From NCBI GenBank assembly GCA_963591655.1, contig CAVATZ010000001.1, positions 15,583-79,582 of the forward strand: DNA of 64,000 nucleotides, read 5' to 3'. The notes under the pieces were generated by a model, which saw only the letters and a list, made by a program, of their open reading frames with translations, did no database searches and had not been told where the DNA came from. A program made the position numbers and the translations under genes. Origin of the DNA: Clostridiales bacterium (lineage in GTDB: Bacteria; Bacillota; Clostridia; Lachnospirales; Lachnospiraceae). This document shows, piece by piece, positions 41,911 to 50,197 of the stretch. The stretch's first letter is position 1; each line of letters opens with the position of its first letter.

Positions 41911-44900
41911 TTATTTCTTTAAACCCTTAGCATTCTTTTTCGACGCATTGGGATTTGTGAAGCCCACCACGTTCTTTTTGCTGTCATCCTGGAAGGAGAT
42001 CATCTTTCTTTTCGGCGGCTCATCCTCTTCCGTCAATGCGTTGCTTCCCTTCGAATCCAGGGCATCATTGAGTCTATCCAACGTATTCTTATGCAGTTTG
42101 TCTTTTCTGGCCTGTTCCTTCGCTTCCTTGCTGGGCTGTGCCAGAACATCCTTTCCTTTCTTTTCGTAATCGGTTCTCAGCTGATTGTCCTTCTCTGCGG
42201 CCTTGTAAACCCGCTTATCAGCATCATCGAAATCCTTAAAGCCCACCAGCTGCAGGATCTCCTCATCGGTGGCCTTTCTGCCGAAGGCATTCTGCACCAG
42301 GGCCTCAAAGCCGTTGTCCTTACCTTCATTATTCATCAGCCGCATGCCCAGATCCAAACGAATCTTGTCTGCCAGATGCTGACCGTTGATGCTGCCGGTT
42401 TCACGGCGAAGGAGACGCATGATTTCATCATTCCGCATGCCGCCCAGCTCCTTGTCAACCCAGTAGAACTCCTTCTCTTTATAGAGATCCTTCTGAATCA
42501 ATGCCTCATCCAGGCTCTTCTGCATGGCCTCCGTCATGAATTTATGCAGAGCATCGAAGGCCGGCTGGGCTGCCTTCACATACAGGGTACCGATGGTACC
42601 GCCCACTAGGCTCACAGTGGTCTCTGCTGCCTTCTTCACAGCACCGCCCAGAAGCTGGTAACGATTCATTTCATTTCTGCCGACAATATCATCTCTGCCG
42701 TTGCGAACCATGTTGGCATCTTCAGCTGACAGATTCTTGCCCATCTCCTCATTTGACATAGCCTTCAAGTTCTGGTTCTGCTTTGTCCTTCTGGCAAACT
42801 CTTCCATATTCCCGGCAATCTTTTCCATACTGTCCAGAACGGTAATGGGGGTGCCCAGACTGCCTGCACCGGCGATCTGCTTCTCAATGGCATTGGCTGT
42901 GCTCAGGAGCTGCTGTCCCACATTCAGGATATTCTCCGGCAGCTTTTTCCCCTTGCTGATCTCCACCATACCCGTCAGCGCCTTATTGAAGCTGGTGATA
43001 TAGGGAGTATCAATCTTCGCATAGCTGAGACAGTTCTGCGCCAGGGTTGTGAGATTGGTCTCGAAGGCCACATAATCCTCAGCCTCCGCTGTTCCGTTCT
43101 TGATCTTCTCCATCCGTTTGGTCAGATCCTCGCGCGTCTTGCCCAGCAGCGCCAGGGTATCTGCGCCCTTATCCACAGAAGCGGTGCTCTTGGAAGGGTC
43201 CCAGCCAAAGAAGGATCCCGCCTGCTTCAAGGCTGCTGTGGACTTCTTCACAGCCTCGGCGGCCTCCTTTTCACTTCCCTGGCCACTGATCAGCTTCTGG
43301 ACATCGCCCACAACCGTTTCAACATTCTCCGCGAGGCTGACGCCTGTTTTGACATTGCTGTATGCGTTTTTCGCAACATTCACAGTGGCATTCGCAATTT
43401 CCTTTGTCTTCTCTGCCACTTCCTGAAGCGCGCTCTTGCTTTCTTCCTTCTTCTCAGTGTTTTCTGCAGCTGTCTCTGTCTTTGCTTCGGTTTTCTCTTC
43501 AGTCTTCGCCTCGGTCTTTGTCTCGCCTTTTTCCTTGGCCTCGGCCTCAGCCTTTTTCTTTTCCTCCTCTTCTCTCTTCTTTTTCAGCTCCGCCTGCAGG
43601 TTTGCAAAAGCAGTTTCAAAATTCTGAAGCGCCTTGACATAGTCTGCCGCATTGCCGATCTGTCCCTTCTTTACGGCATTCAGTTCCTTCAAGCCTGTCT
43701 CACCCTTTTTTCCAAGGGCATTCATGGTGTCCAGGACACTTATCTTCTTCTCTTCTTCCTCCTCCGGGAGCTTTCCGCCATTCTGCTTCTTCTTTTTCTC
43801 TTCCTCCGCGCGCTTCTTGGCGGCTTCGAATTCTGTCCGCCATTTGTTGCTGTCCAGACGATGCTTCAGCTTCTTGGCAATGTCCGGATTGTTGTGCAGC
43901 TCATGCTTGAACTTCCGCATTCTTTCATCATATCCCTTGTCCATTCTGCGCCGGATGATCTCGTCAATGTCATCCTTCTGCACCTTGGACTGCACGCTGA
44001 GGTCAATGGCCTTCATCAGCTTGTCATATCTGTCGCCCAGAGAGGACAGACCATTGACTGTGGCCTCCTTAAGGGCCTCTTCCATCTCTGCCGCCACAGA
44101 ACGGTTTTTCTCTGCCTTGATGGCCTTCTTAAAGGCCTTGAGCTTCTGTTGAAACTCTTTTTCTGCCTTTTTTTCCGCCTTAAGCTTTTCCTTCGCGTCC
44201 TTTTCCTGCTTTTTCTTAGCTTCCTTTTCTTCTGCCTTCCTCTGCTTTTCCTCTGTTCTGGCCTTCTTCTCCTCCTCTGTCAGCTCACGAATGCCGAACA
44301 GCTTCCGGAAGCTATGAGCCACGCTTCTGCCCACCTCAGCACTCCGCGCACCAAACTTACGCATCTTACGGGAAGCCGTCTGCACTGCTGCTGTATTGAC
44401 GAACCAATCCTTCGCAGCTTTGGCCTTCGTTGCTGTATACTGATAGGCCGCATTTAATCCTCTGCGAGTCGCATCCACACCGTCTCCGATGTAGGTTTTT
44501 AAATTCTGATAGTGTCTGGCAACGGCATCCATACGAGCAGAGCTCCATTTTGCGAACTGCTCACTCTTTCTGGCAACTGCCTGACCGAACTTGGTATGGT
44601 TAAACCACTCCCGCGCCTCACGCTTTCTTTCTACATATCTGGCCCGCACGATCTGTGCCAGCACGCGGATATCCGCCAAACGCTTCTCCGCCGCGTTCAT
44701 GCTCGCGTACTTGCCAGCATCATACAGGACATCCCGAACTTCCCGGTAAAGGCTCTTCTGAGGTCTTGATGCCTTTTCCTCAAGATCACCAAGATTTCCG
44801 GTGAAGGGCATCGGTTCACCATCGTCATCCATCACCGGCCAGCCCATGTCACGATCTTCGTCTTCCTGCGCTTTTCTTTCCTCCTGTTCCTTGGCTGCCT

Positions 44901-45132
44901 GAGCTTCTCTTTCCTCCTGTTCCTTGGCTGCCTTGAGCGCCGCAGCCCGCTTTCCCGCCTGTTCAAAAAAGACACTCATGGAAGAAGACTTCTCCTTCTT
45001 TTCGGCATCCTTCTTCTCGGCTTCCTTCTTTGCCTCACTGGCAGCAAAGAAATCACTCATTTTAAGTGTAGAACCCGGCTTCGCATTCTCCAAAAATGTC
45101 GCTGCCTTTACAAACTTATCATCCTCTGGCAT
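41911..45132 (-). CDS. Large hypothetical alpha-helical/coiled-coil protein (1073 aa)
   Basis: Uninterrupted ORF; AAGGGAG RBS; TGCTATACT extended -10 upstream; K/E/A-rich; no signal peptide or recognisable domain. Confidence 0.85.
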   Translation of the reverse strand: MPEDDKFVKAATFLENAKPGSTLKMSDFFAASEAKKEAEKKDAEKKEKSSSMSVFFEQAGKRAAALKAAKEQEEREAQAAKEQEERKAQEDEDRDMGWPVMDDDGEPMPFTGNLGDLEEKASRPQKSLYREVRDVLYDAGKYASMNAAEKRLADIRVLAQIVRARYVERKREAREWFNHTKFGQAVARKSEQFAKWSSARMDAVARHYQNLKTYIGDGVDATRRGLNAAYQYTATKAKAAKDWFVNTAAVQTASRKMRKFGARSAEVGRSVAHSFRKLFGIRELTEEEKKARTEEKQRKAEEKEAKKKQEKDAKEKLKAEKKAEKEFQQKLKAFKKAIKAEKNRSVAAEMEEALKEATVNGLSSLGDRYDKLMKAIDLSVQSKVQKDDIDEIIRRRMDKGYDERMRKFKHELHNNPDIAKKLKHRLDSNKWRTEFEAAKKRAEEEKKKKQNGGKLPEEEEEKKISVLDTMNALGKKGETGLKELNAVKKGQIGNAADYVKALQNFETAFANLQAELKKKREEEEKKKAEAEAKEKGETKTEAKTEEKTEAKTETAAENTEKKEESKSALQEVAEKTKEIANATVNVAKNAYSNVKTGVSLAENVETVVGDVQKLISGQGSEKEAAEAVKKSTAALKQAGSFFGWDPSKSTASVDKGADTLALLGKTREDLTKRMEKIKNGTAEAEDYVAFETNLTTLAQNCLSYAKIDTPYITSFNKALTGMVEISKGKKLPENILNVGQQLLSTANAIEKQIAGAGSLGTPITVLDSMEKIAGNMEEFARRTKQNQNLKAMSNEEMGKNLSAEDANMVRNGRDDIVGRNEMNRYQLLGGAVKKAAETTVSLVGGTIGTLYVKAAQPAFDALHKFMTEAMQKSLDEALIQKDLYKEKEFYWVDKELGGMRNDEIMRLLRRETGSINGQHLADKIRLDLGMRLMNNEGKDNGFEALVQNAFGRKATDEEILQLVGFKDFDDADKRVYKAAEKDNQLRTDYEKKGKDVLAQPSKEAKEQARKDKLHKNTLDRLNDALDSKGSNALTEEDEPPKRKMISFQDDSKKNVVGFTNPNASKKNAKGLKK
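44876..44933. repeat. 33-bp-period in-frame tandem duplication (AAKEQEER x2)
   Basis: ctttcctcctgttccttggctgcct starts at 44876 and again at 44909. Confidence 0.85.
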
Positions 45133-45260
45133 AACTGTCTCCCTTCTGTATCACTCATGCAGCCCTGTCGATGCTGCTCATCTCACTCTTTGTTTGGATG
45201 TCTGCAGTATAGCATGAAAATAGACACAAAAGGGACACAGTTCCCAAAATTATCTTAAAT

Positions 45261-46559
45261 TTAAATTTTTTTCTTTTTCGCAGCTGCCCGTCCCGCGAGG
45301 TAGGCACTGCTCCAGGCAAACTGCAGATTGTAGCCGCCGCAGCTGCCGTCCACATCCAGCAACTCCCCGGCAAGATAGAGCCCGGGAATCTTCCGGCATT
45401 CACAGCTTTCCGGAAAGACCTCTCGGGTATCCACGCCGCCGGAAACACACTGCGCCGTTTCAAAGGGCTGAGAGCCGACGATCTCCGCGGAATATGCCTT
45501 CAGAAGCTTTGCCAGCCGCCGCAGCGCCGCATCAGAAAGCTCTCCTATCTTTTTCCCGGAATAGACAATGCTTTTCTGCTTCTTGTCCGGCTTCTTTCCC
45601 TTTCCTGGCTTCTGTTCCGGCAGGATGCCGGCCTCCCGCAGCAGAGCCAGCGCCAGCTTGTCATGCAAAATTCCCAGCAGCAGCCGTTCCGCCGGAAGCG
45701 CCGCAAAGCTCTCCCGTCTGTCAAACAGCAGCTCCCACAGCTTCTTCTTGTCCATCTGCGGCAGAAAATCGATGCTTACCGTCACATGGCTTCCCTTCAG
45801 CAGCGCCTGTCCGGCCCGGCCGCTGAGCTGAAACACCGGAATCCCGGAAATGCCGTATTCCGTGAGCTGCAGCTCGCCCGTCTCCTCCGCCATCATTTCT
45901 GCATCGATTTCCAAGGTCAGCCTCGCCTCCGTCCGTACACCGGCCATCTCCGCAAAGCGGTCACTGTCGGCCCGGAGACCGCAAAGTGCCGGAGCCAGGG
46001 ACGTTACCTTGAGTCCCAGCCCCTCCGCAATGCGGTAGCCGCTGCCGTCGGAGCCTGTCAGGGGAAATGCCTTCGAGCCCATGCAGAGGATCACTGCCCG
46101 CGCGGAAAAGCGTCCCCCGGCGGTGTCCAGAAGGAAGGTTCCGCCGACATTGACCTGCAGAGACTGCAGGGCGCATTCATACCGGAGCTCCACCCCCAGC
46201 CGCTTCAGCTCCCAGTAGAGGGCCTCCGTTACGGCACCTGCCTGGTCCGACAGGGGATAAACATAGCTGCCCCGATACCGCGGCAGAATCCCGATGCTTT
46301 CAAAAAAAGAAATGACGCTCTCCGGCGGAAAAGCATCGATGATCTGCCGGGGAAACGTCATGTCCTCACTTCTGTATTCATTTCCGGTCAGGGAGAGATT
46401 GGTAAAATTGCACTTGCCGTTTCCGGTCTGGGACAGCTTGCGGCCGCAGCGCGCGGTCCCCTCCAAAAGCGTGACCTGCGCGCCATGCCGGGCTGCCGTA
46501 ACGGCGGCCATCAGACCGCCGGCACCGGCACCCACTACGATAATTTCTCTCTTTTCCAT
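45261..46559 (-). CDS. HI0933/YhiN/BaiN family flavoprotein
   Basis: GAGAGGL, G.KL..TGNGKCN.TN, GSDGSGY, GELLDVDG.CGGYNLQFAWSS. Confidence 0.93.
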   Translation of the reverse strand: MEKREIIVVGAGAGGLMAAVTAARHGAQVTLLEGTARCGRKLSQTGNGKCNFTNLSLTGNEYRSEDMTFPRQIIDAFPPESVISFFESIGILPRYRGSYVYPLSDQAGAVTEALYWELKRLGVELRYECALQSLQVNVGGTFLLDTAGGRFSARAVILCMGSKAFPLTGSDGSGYRIAEGLGLKVTSLAPALCGLRADSDRFAEMAGVRTEARLTLEIDAEMMAEETGELQLTEYGISGIPVFQLSGRAGQALLKGSHVTVSIDFLPQMDKKKLWELLFDRRESFAALPAERLLLGILHDKLALALLREAGILPEQKPGKGKKPDKKQKSIVYSGKKIGELSDAALRRLAKLLKAYSAEIVGSQPFETAQCVSGGVDTREVFPESCECRKIPGLYLAGELLDVDGSCGGYNLQFAWSSAYLAGRAAAKKKKI

Positions 46560-46573
46560 ATGTCCACCCTCCG

Positions 46574-48307
46574 TCAGCGTACAAAGCGCTTCAGTCTGCC
46601 GCCCATGGGCATGTTGTCAAGATCCTCTCTGGTGAAGGCATGGAGTGCCAGAAGCACACCAAAATATACAAGAATTGCCGCAAGCACCGCCGGCAACACG
46701 GAGATGGCACAGCCGATCCGGCCGAGGCGCATGGATTCCGGCAGCACGGAGGAAACACCGAAATACACGGCATAAGCCACGGCCCCCATCACAAGGCCGG
46801 CAAAGGTCGGAAGCCCGAGCACCTTGCCCCACTCGATGCGGCAGCGGGCATGTCGGCGAATGGCCCGCTGGTTCAGGATGCACATCACCAGCGCAAACAG
46901 GATATTGGACAGCACCACCGCATAGATGCCGAGACCTGCAAACATCATTGCGAGAAGCGCAAGCACATGCAGAATCAGGGCAATCACCGCGTTCTTCAGC
47001 GGCACATTCAGATGACCCAGTCCCTGCAGGATGGCATTGGAAATGGTGGACAGGGAGTAGAATACCACTGCCAGCGCGCCAATCCGTGTCAGATTGATCA
47101 GAAGCTGCACGTTCTTGCCCGGGAAGAGCATGCGGCTCACAGGCTCCGCCAGCACACAAAGGCCGATGGTGGCCGGAACAGCGATGAGCATGGTGAAGCG
47201 AATGCTGTAGCGCACACGGGACACCGTATCCCGCCGGTTCTTTTCCTCCACTGCCCGGGTCAGACTGGGAATCAGTGAAGAGGACAGCGCATTGGCGAGA
47301 GCCACGGGAATGTTGAAAAGAATATGGTATTCGCCGAAAATGCCCCACTCCGCAACGATGTTCTTCGCTCTTCCCAGATACGCCTGCACATTGCCGAAGA
47401 GATAGTCGTCAATCACCGAGGAAATGTTGTATACCGTACTGGAGATCAGAATCGGCACCATGGTCAGCGCCAGGATCATAGCGATGCTGCGGTAGTCATC
47501 CACGCCGCTCTCATCCCGCCGCACATGCCGGCGAAGCCGAGGGCGATGGGAAAGATACAGAAGAACAAAAAACACAAGGGCCGTCAAAGCACCTGCACCG
47601 GTACCGATACAGCCGCCTGCTGCACCGAAGGCATAGGTATACTCCGTGTCCGAATACAGCAGGTTCGCCGTTTCTCCTCTGTGAAAGAGGATGTATGCTG
47701 CGAGTACGGAAATCACTGCATTCAGTACCTGCTCCAGAATCTGGGAAACGGCCGTGGGCACCATGTCGCCGGTACCCTGGAAATAGCCCCTGAGAATGCC
47801 CAGGTAGGCCATGATCCACACTGTCGGTGCCAATGCCTTCAGTGCAAAAGCACAGTAGGGCTTCTGCAGAAGATCCGCAATGGCATTTCCGCCGAACCAG
47901 AGTGCCGAGAACATCACAAGGCCGATGCCCGTGGCATAGACAAAGGCCGCCCGCAGCACCCGCTCCGTGTTCCGGTATCTCCCCTTCGCCAGGTTGCCGG
48001 ATACGATACGGGAAATGGCGGTGGGCATGGAATAGCTGGAGAGGATGAGCAGAAGAGAATAAATGCTGAAGGCACTGGTGTAGTAGCCGTTGCCCTCTGC
48101 ACCGATAATGGCCGTCAGAGGCACCCGGTAGACCATGCCGATGATCCGCACCAGAATACCGGCGATTGCCAAAAGGGAGCCCTGAACCACAAAATTCTTT
48201 CTTCTATTGGAAAAGGAAGCGGAGGAAGCAGCCTTCTGCTGTGCCTTCATCCGGTTTCCACGGCCTCTCTGCCCGTTCCGGACAGGATGTCTTCCTGCTG
48301 TGCTCAT
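46574..48307 (-). CDS. Polysaccharide biosynthesis / SpoVB-MurJ-like flippase
   Basis: RIIGMVYRVPL, PTAIS, RGYFQG..DM.PTA.SQI.EQ; about 14 TM; ATGA-coupled to ybeY (alternative start 48250). Confidence 0.9.
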   Translation of the reverse strand: MSTAGRHPVRNGQRGRGNRMKAQQKAASSASFSNRRKNFVVQGSLLAIAGILVRIIGMVYRVPLTAIIGAEGNGYYTSAFSIYSLLLILSSYSMPTAISRIVSGNLAKGRYRNTERVLRAAFVYATGIGLVMFSALWFGGNAIADLLQKPYCAFALKALAPTVWIMAYLGILRGYFQGTGDMVPTAVSQILEQVLNAVISVLAAYILFHRGETANLLYSDTEYTYAFGAAGGCIGTGAGALTALVFFVLLYLSHRPRLRRHVRRDESGVDDYRSIAMILALTMVPILISSTVYNISSVIDDYLFGNVQAYLGRAKNIVAEWGIFGEYHILFNIPVALANALSSSLIPSLTRAVEEKNRRDTVSRVRYSIRFTMLIAVPATIGLCVLAEPVSRMLFPGKNVQLLINLTRIGALAVVFYSLSTISNAILQGLGHLNVPLKNAVIALILHVLALLAMMFAGLGIYAVVLSNILFALVMCILNQRAIRRHARCRIEWGKVLGLPTFAGLVMGAVAYAVYFGVSSVLPESMRLGRIGCAISVLPAVLAAILVYFGVLLALHAFTREDLDNMPMGGRLKRFVR

Positions 48308-48801
48308 CTTCTGTATCCCTTTCCCGTCAGAATTTCCTCCTGCCGCTTCTCCATTTCCAGACGCTCACCGTCCTCCATATGATCATAGCCGAAGAGATGC
48401 AGCATGGAATGGGCCACCAGGAAGGCCAGCTCGCGCTTCTCCTCATGACCGTACTCCCGGGCCTGACTTTCGATACGGTCCTGGTTCAGTACAATGTCTC
48501 CCAGCAGAAGCTCCCCGGTATCCGGGTCAAAAAGGGAGGGGTCCGCCTCGTCCAGTGCTTCAAAATCTGCCGGCGTGTCATATTCCGCCATCGGGAAGGA
48601 CAGCACATCCGTGGGGGCATCAATCTGCCGCATCTCCCGGTTGATCTCCTGAATCCCCGCATTGTCCGTGATCAGTACGCTGACCTCACATTCATAGGGA
48701 CAGTTTTCATAATCAATGGCCGCTTCCACAATGTCCCGGATGATCTTCTCCCAGTCAAGCTGCAGCCGCTTTTCCGTTTCAAAATCAATGTTAATGGTCA
48801 T
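48304..48801 (-). CDS. ybeY: rRNA maturation endoribonuclease YbeY
   Basis: PTDVLSFP, LGDIV, HSMLHLFGYDH. Confidence 0.97.
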   Translation of the reverse strand: MTINIDFETEKRLQLDWEKIIRDIVEAAIDYENCPYECEVSVLITDNAGIQEINREMRQIDAPTDVLSFPMAEYDTPADFEALDEADPSLFDPDTGELLLGDIVLNQDRIESQAREYGHEEKRELAFLVAHSMLHLFGYDHMEDGERLEMEKRQEEILTGKGYRR

Positions 48802-48822
48802 GCTCTTTCCTCTCCGCGCGGC

Positions 48823-49842
48823 TTATTTCCGCTCCTGCGCGCGCTTCATGCCGTAGGCCTTCGGCGAACTCTTCCGCGCCTCCCGCTTCTTCTCATCCCG
48901 CTCGTAGGCGTTGACGATCCGCTGCACCAGAGGGTGCCGCACCACGTCCGCACTGCTGAGCTCCGCAAAGGCAATGCCCTCCACATTCCGGAGTACCCGC
49001 AGGGCATCCTCCAGACCGGATTTCTTGCCCTCCTCCAGATCCTTCTGGGTCAGGTCACCTGTCACGATCACCTTGGAGCCGAAGCCGATACGGGTCAGGA
49101 ACATCTTCATCTGCGCCGGTGTGGTGTTCTGCGCCTCATCCAGGATAATGTAGGCATTGTCCAGTGTACGGCCACGCATGTAGGCAAGGGGTGCCACCTC
49201 GATCAGTCCCTTTTCCGAATTGGCCAGATATTGCTCCGCACCCATGATCTGATACAGAGCATCGTAAAGCGGCCGCAAATAGGGATCCACCTTGGACTGA
49301 AGGTCGCCGGGCAGGAAGCCGAGCTTCTCTCCCGCCTCGATGGCAGGTCTCGTCAGGATAATGCGGGACACCTCCTGCTCCCGAAAGGCCGTGATGGCCA
49401 TGGCCATGGCCAGATAGGTCTTTCCGGTACCGGCAGGGCCGATGCCGAAGGTGATCATATTGCTGCGGATCTTGTCCACATATTCCTTCTGTCCCAGGGT
49501 TTTCGGCTTCACCGGCTTTCCCAGCGCCGTCCGGGCCAGAATGTCCTTGTCGATTTCCACGATGCCCTCTGTGGACTTCTCGGAGACCGTCAGCGAAATG
49601 GCATAATCCACGTTCTGCTCGGTGATGACATTGCCCCGCATAGACAGGCGAATCAGATTTTCGAAAACGGTTTTTGCTTTCTCGCAGTCCCGCTCCTCCC
49701 CGAGAATCTTCATGACGCCGTCTCTGTCGATCACCGTCACATGGAAGGCCCGTTCAATCTTCTTTAAAAAGCTGTCCATCTGCCCCATCACATTTCTCTC
49801 ATGCTCAATGGGGATGTCCATGATTTGCTCGCTTGCTGCCAT
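48823..49842 (-). CDS. phoH: PhoH family ATPase
   Basis: GPAGTGKT, RPAIEAGEKLGFLPG, LAYMRGRTL, DEAQN. Confidence 0.96.
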   Translation of the reverse strand: MAASEQIMDIPIEHERNVMGQMDSFLKKIERAFHVTVIDRDGVMKILGEERDCEKAKTVFENLIRLSMRGNVITEQNVDYAISLTVSEKSTEGIVEIDKDILARTALGKPVKPKTLGQKEYVDKIRSNMITFGIGPAGTGKTYLAMAMAITAFREQEVSRIILTRPAIEAGEKLGFLPGDLQSKVDPYLRPLYDALYQIMGAEQYLANSEKGLIEVAPLAYMRGRTLDNAYIILDEAQNTTPAQMKMFLTRIGFGSKVIVTGDLTQKDLEEGKKSGLEDALRVLRNVEGIAFAELSSADVVRHPLVQRIVNAYERDEKKREARKSSPKAYGMKRAQERK

Positions 49843-49924
49843 ATTCCTCCTTGCTCTGTACATGGACAGAGACTAAGAAAGCCCCAATTCATCACTGAAT
49901 CAGGGCTACTTAATTTGCTATGAA

Positions 49925-50101
49925 TTAGTTGAACTTACGCTTTCTAGCTGCCTCAGACTTTTTCTTACGTCTTACGGACGGCTTCTCGTAATGCTCTCTC
50001 TTACGAATTTCCTGCTGGATGCCTGCCTTAGCACAGTTTCTCTTGAATCTGCGTAAAGCGCTGTCCAGGGACTCGTTCTCTTTAACGATTACGTTAGACA
50101 T
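49925..50101 (-). CDS. rpsU: 30S ribosomal protein S21
   Basis: [21 protein letters not shown]...REHYEKPS. Confidence 0.98.
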   Translation of the reverse strand: MSNVIVKENESLDSALRRFKRNCAKAGIQQEIRKREHYEKPSVRRKKKSEAARKRKFN

Positions 50102-50197
50102 GCTGAAACCCAAACCTCCCTCCGGGTGCAAACTAGTATCTATTATAGCGATGGCGTGAAATTTGTCAAATGGTTTTTGAACTTTTTTTCACGGACC

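Noticed and set aside
41911..45132. Phage tape-measure or SMC protein
   Set aside because: No tail genes nearby, no regular aromatic periodicity and no Walker motifs.
41190..45260. Integrated prophage/ICE at tRNA-Thr
   Set aside because: No integrase, phage genes or duplicated tRNA 3' end seen; the large gene lies on the 5' side of the tRNA.
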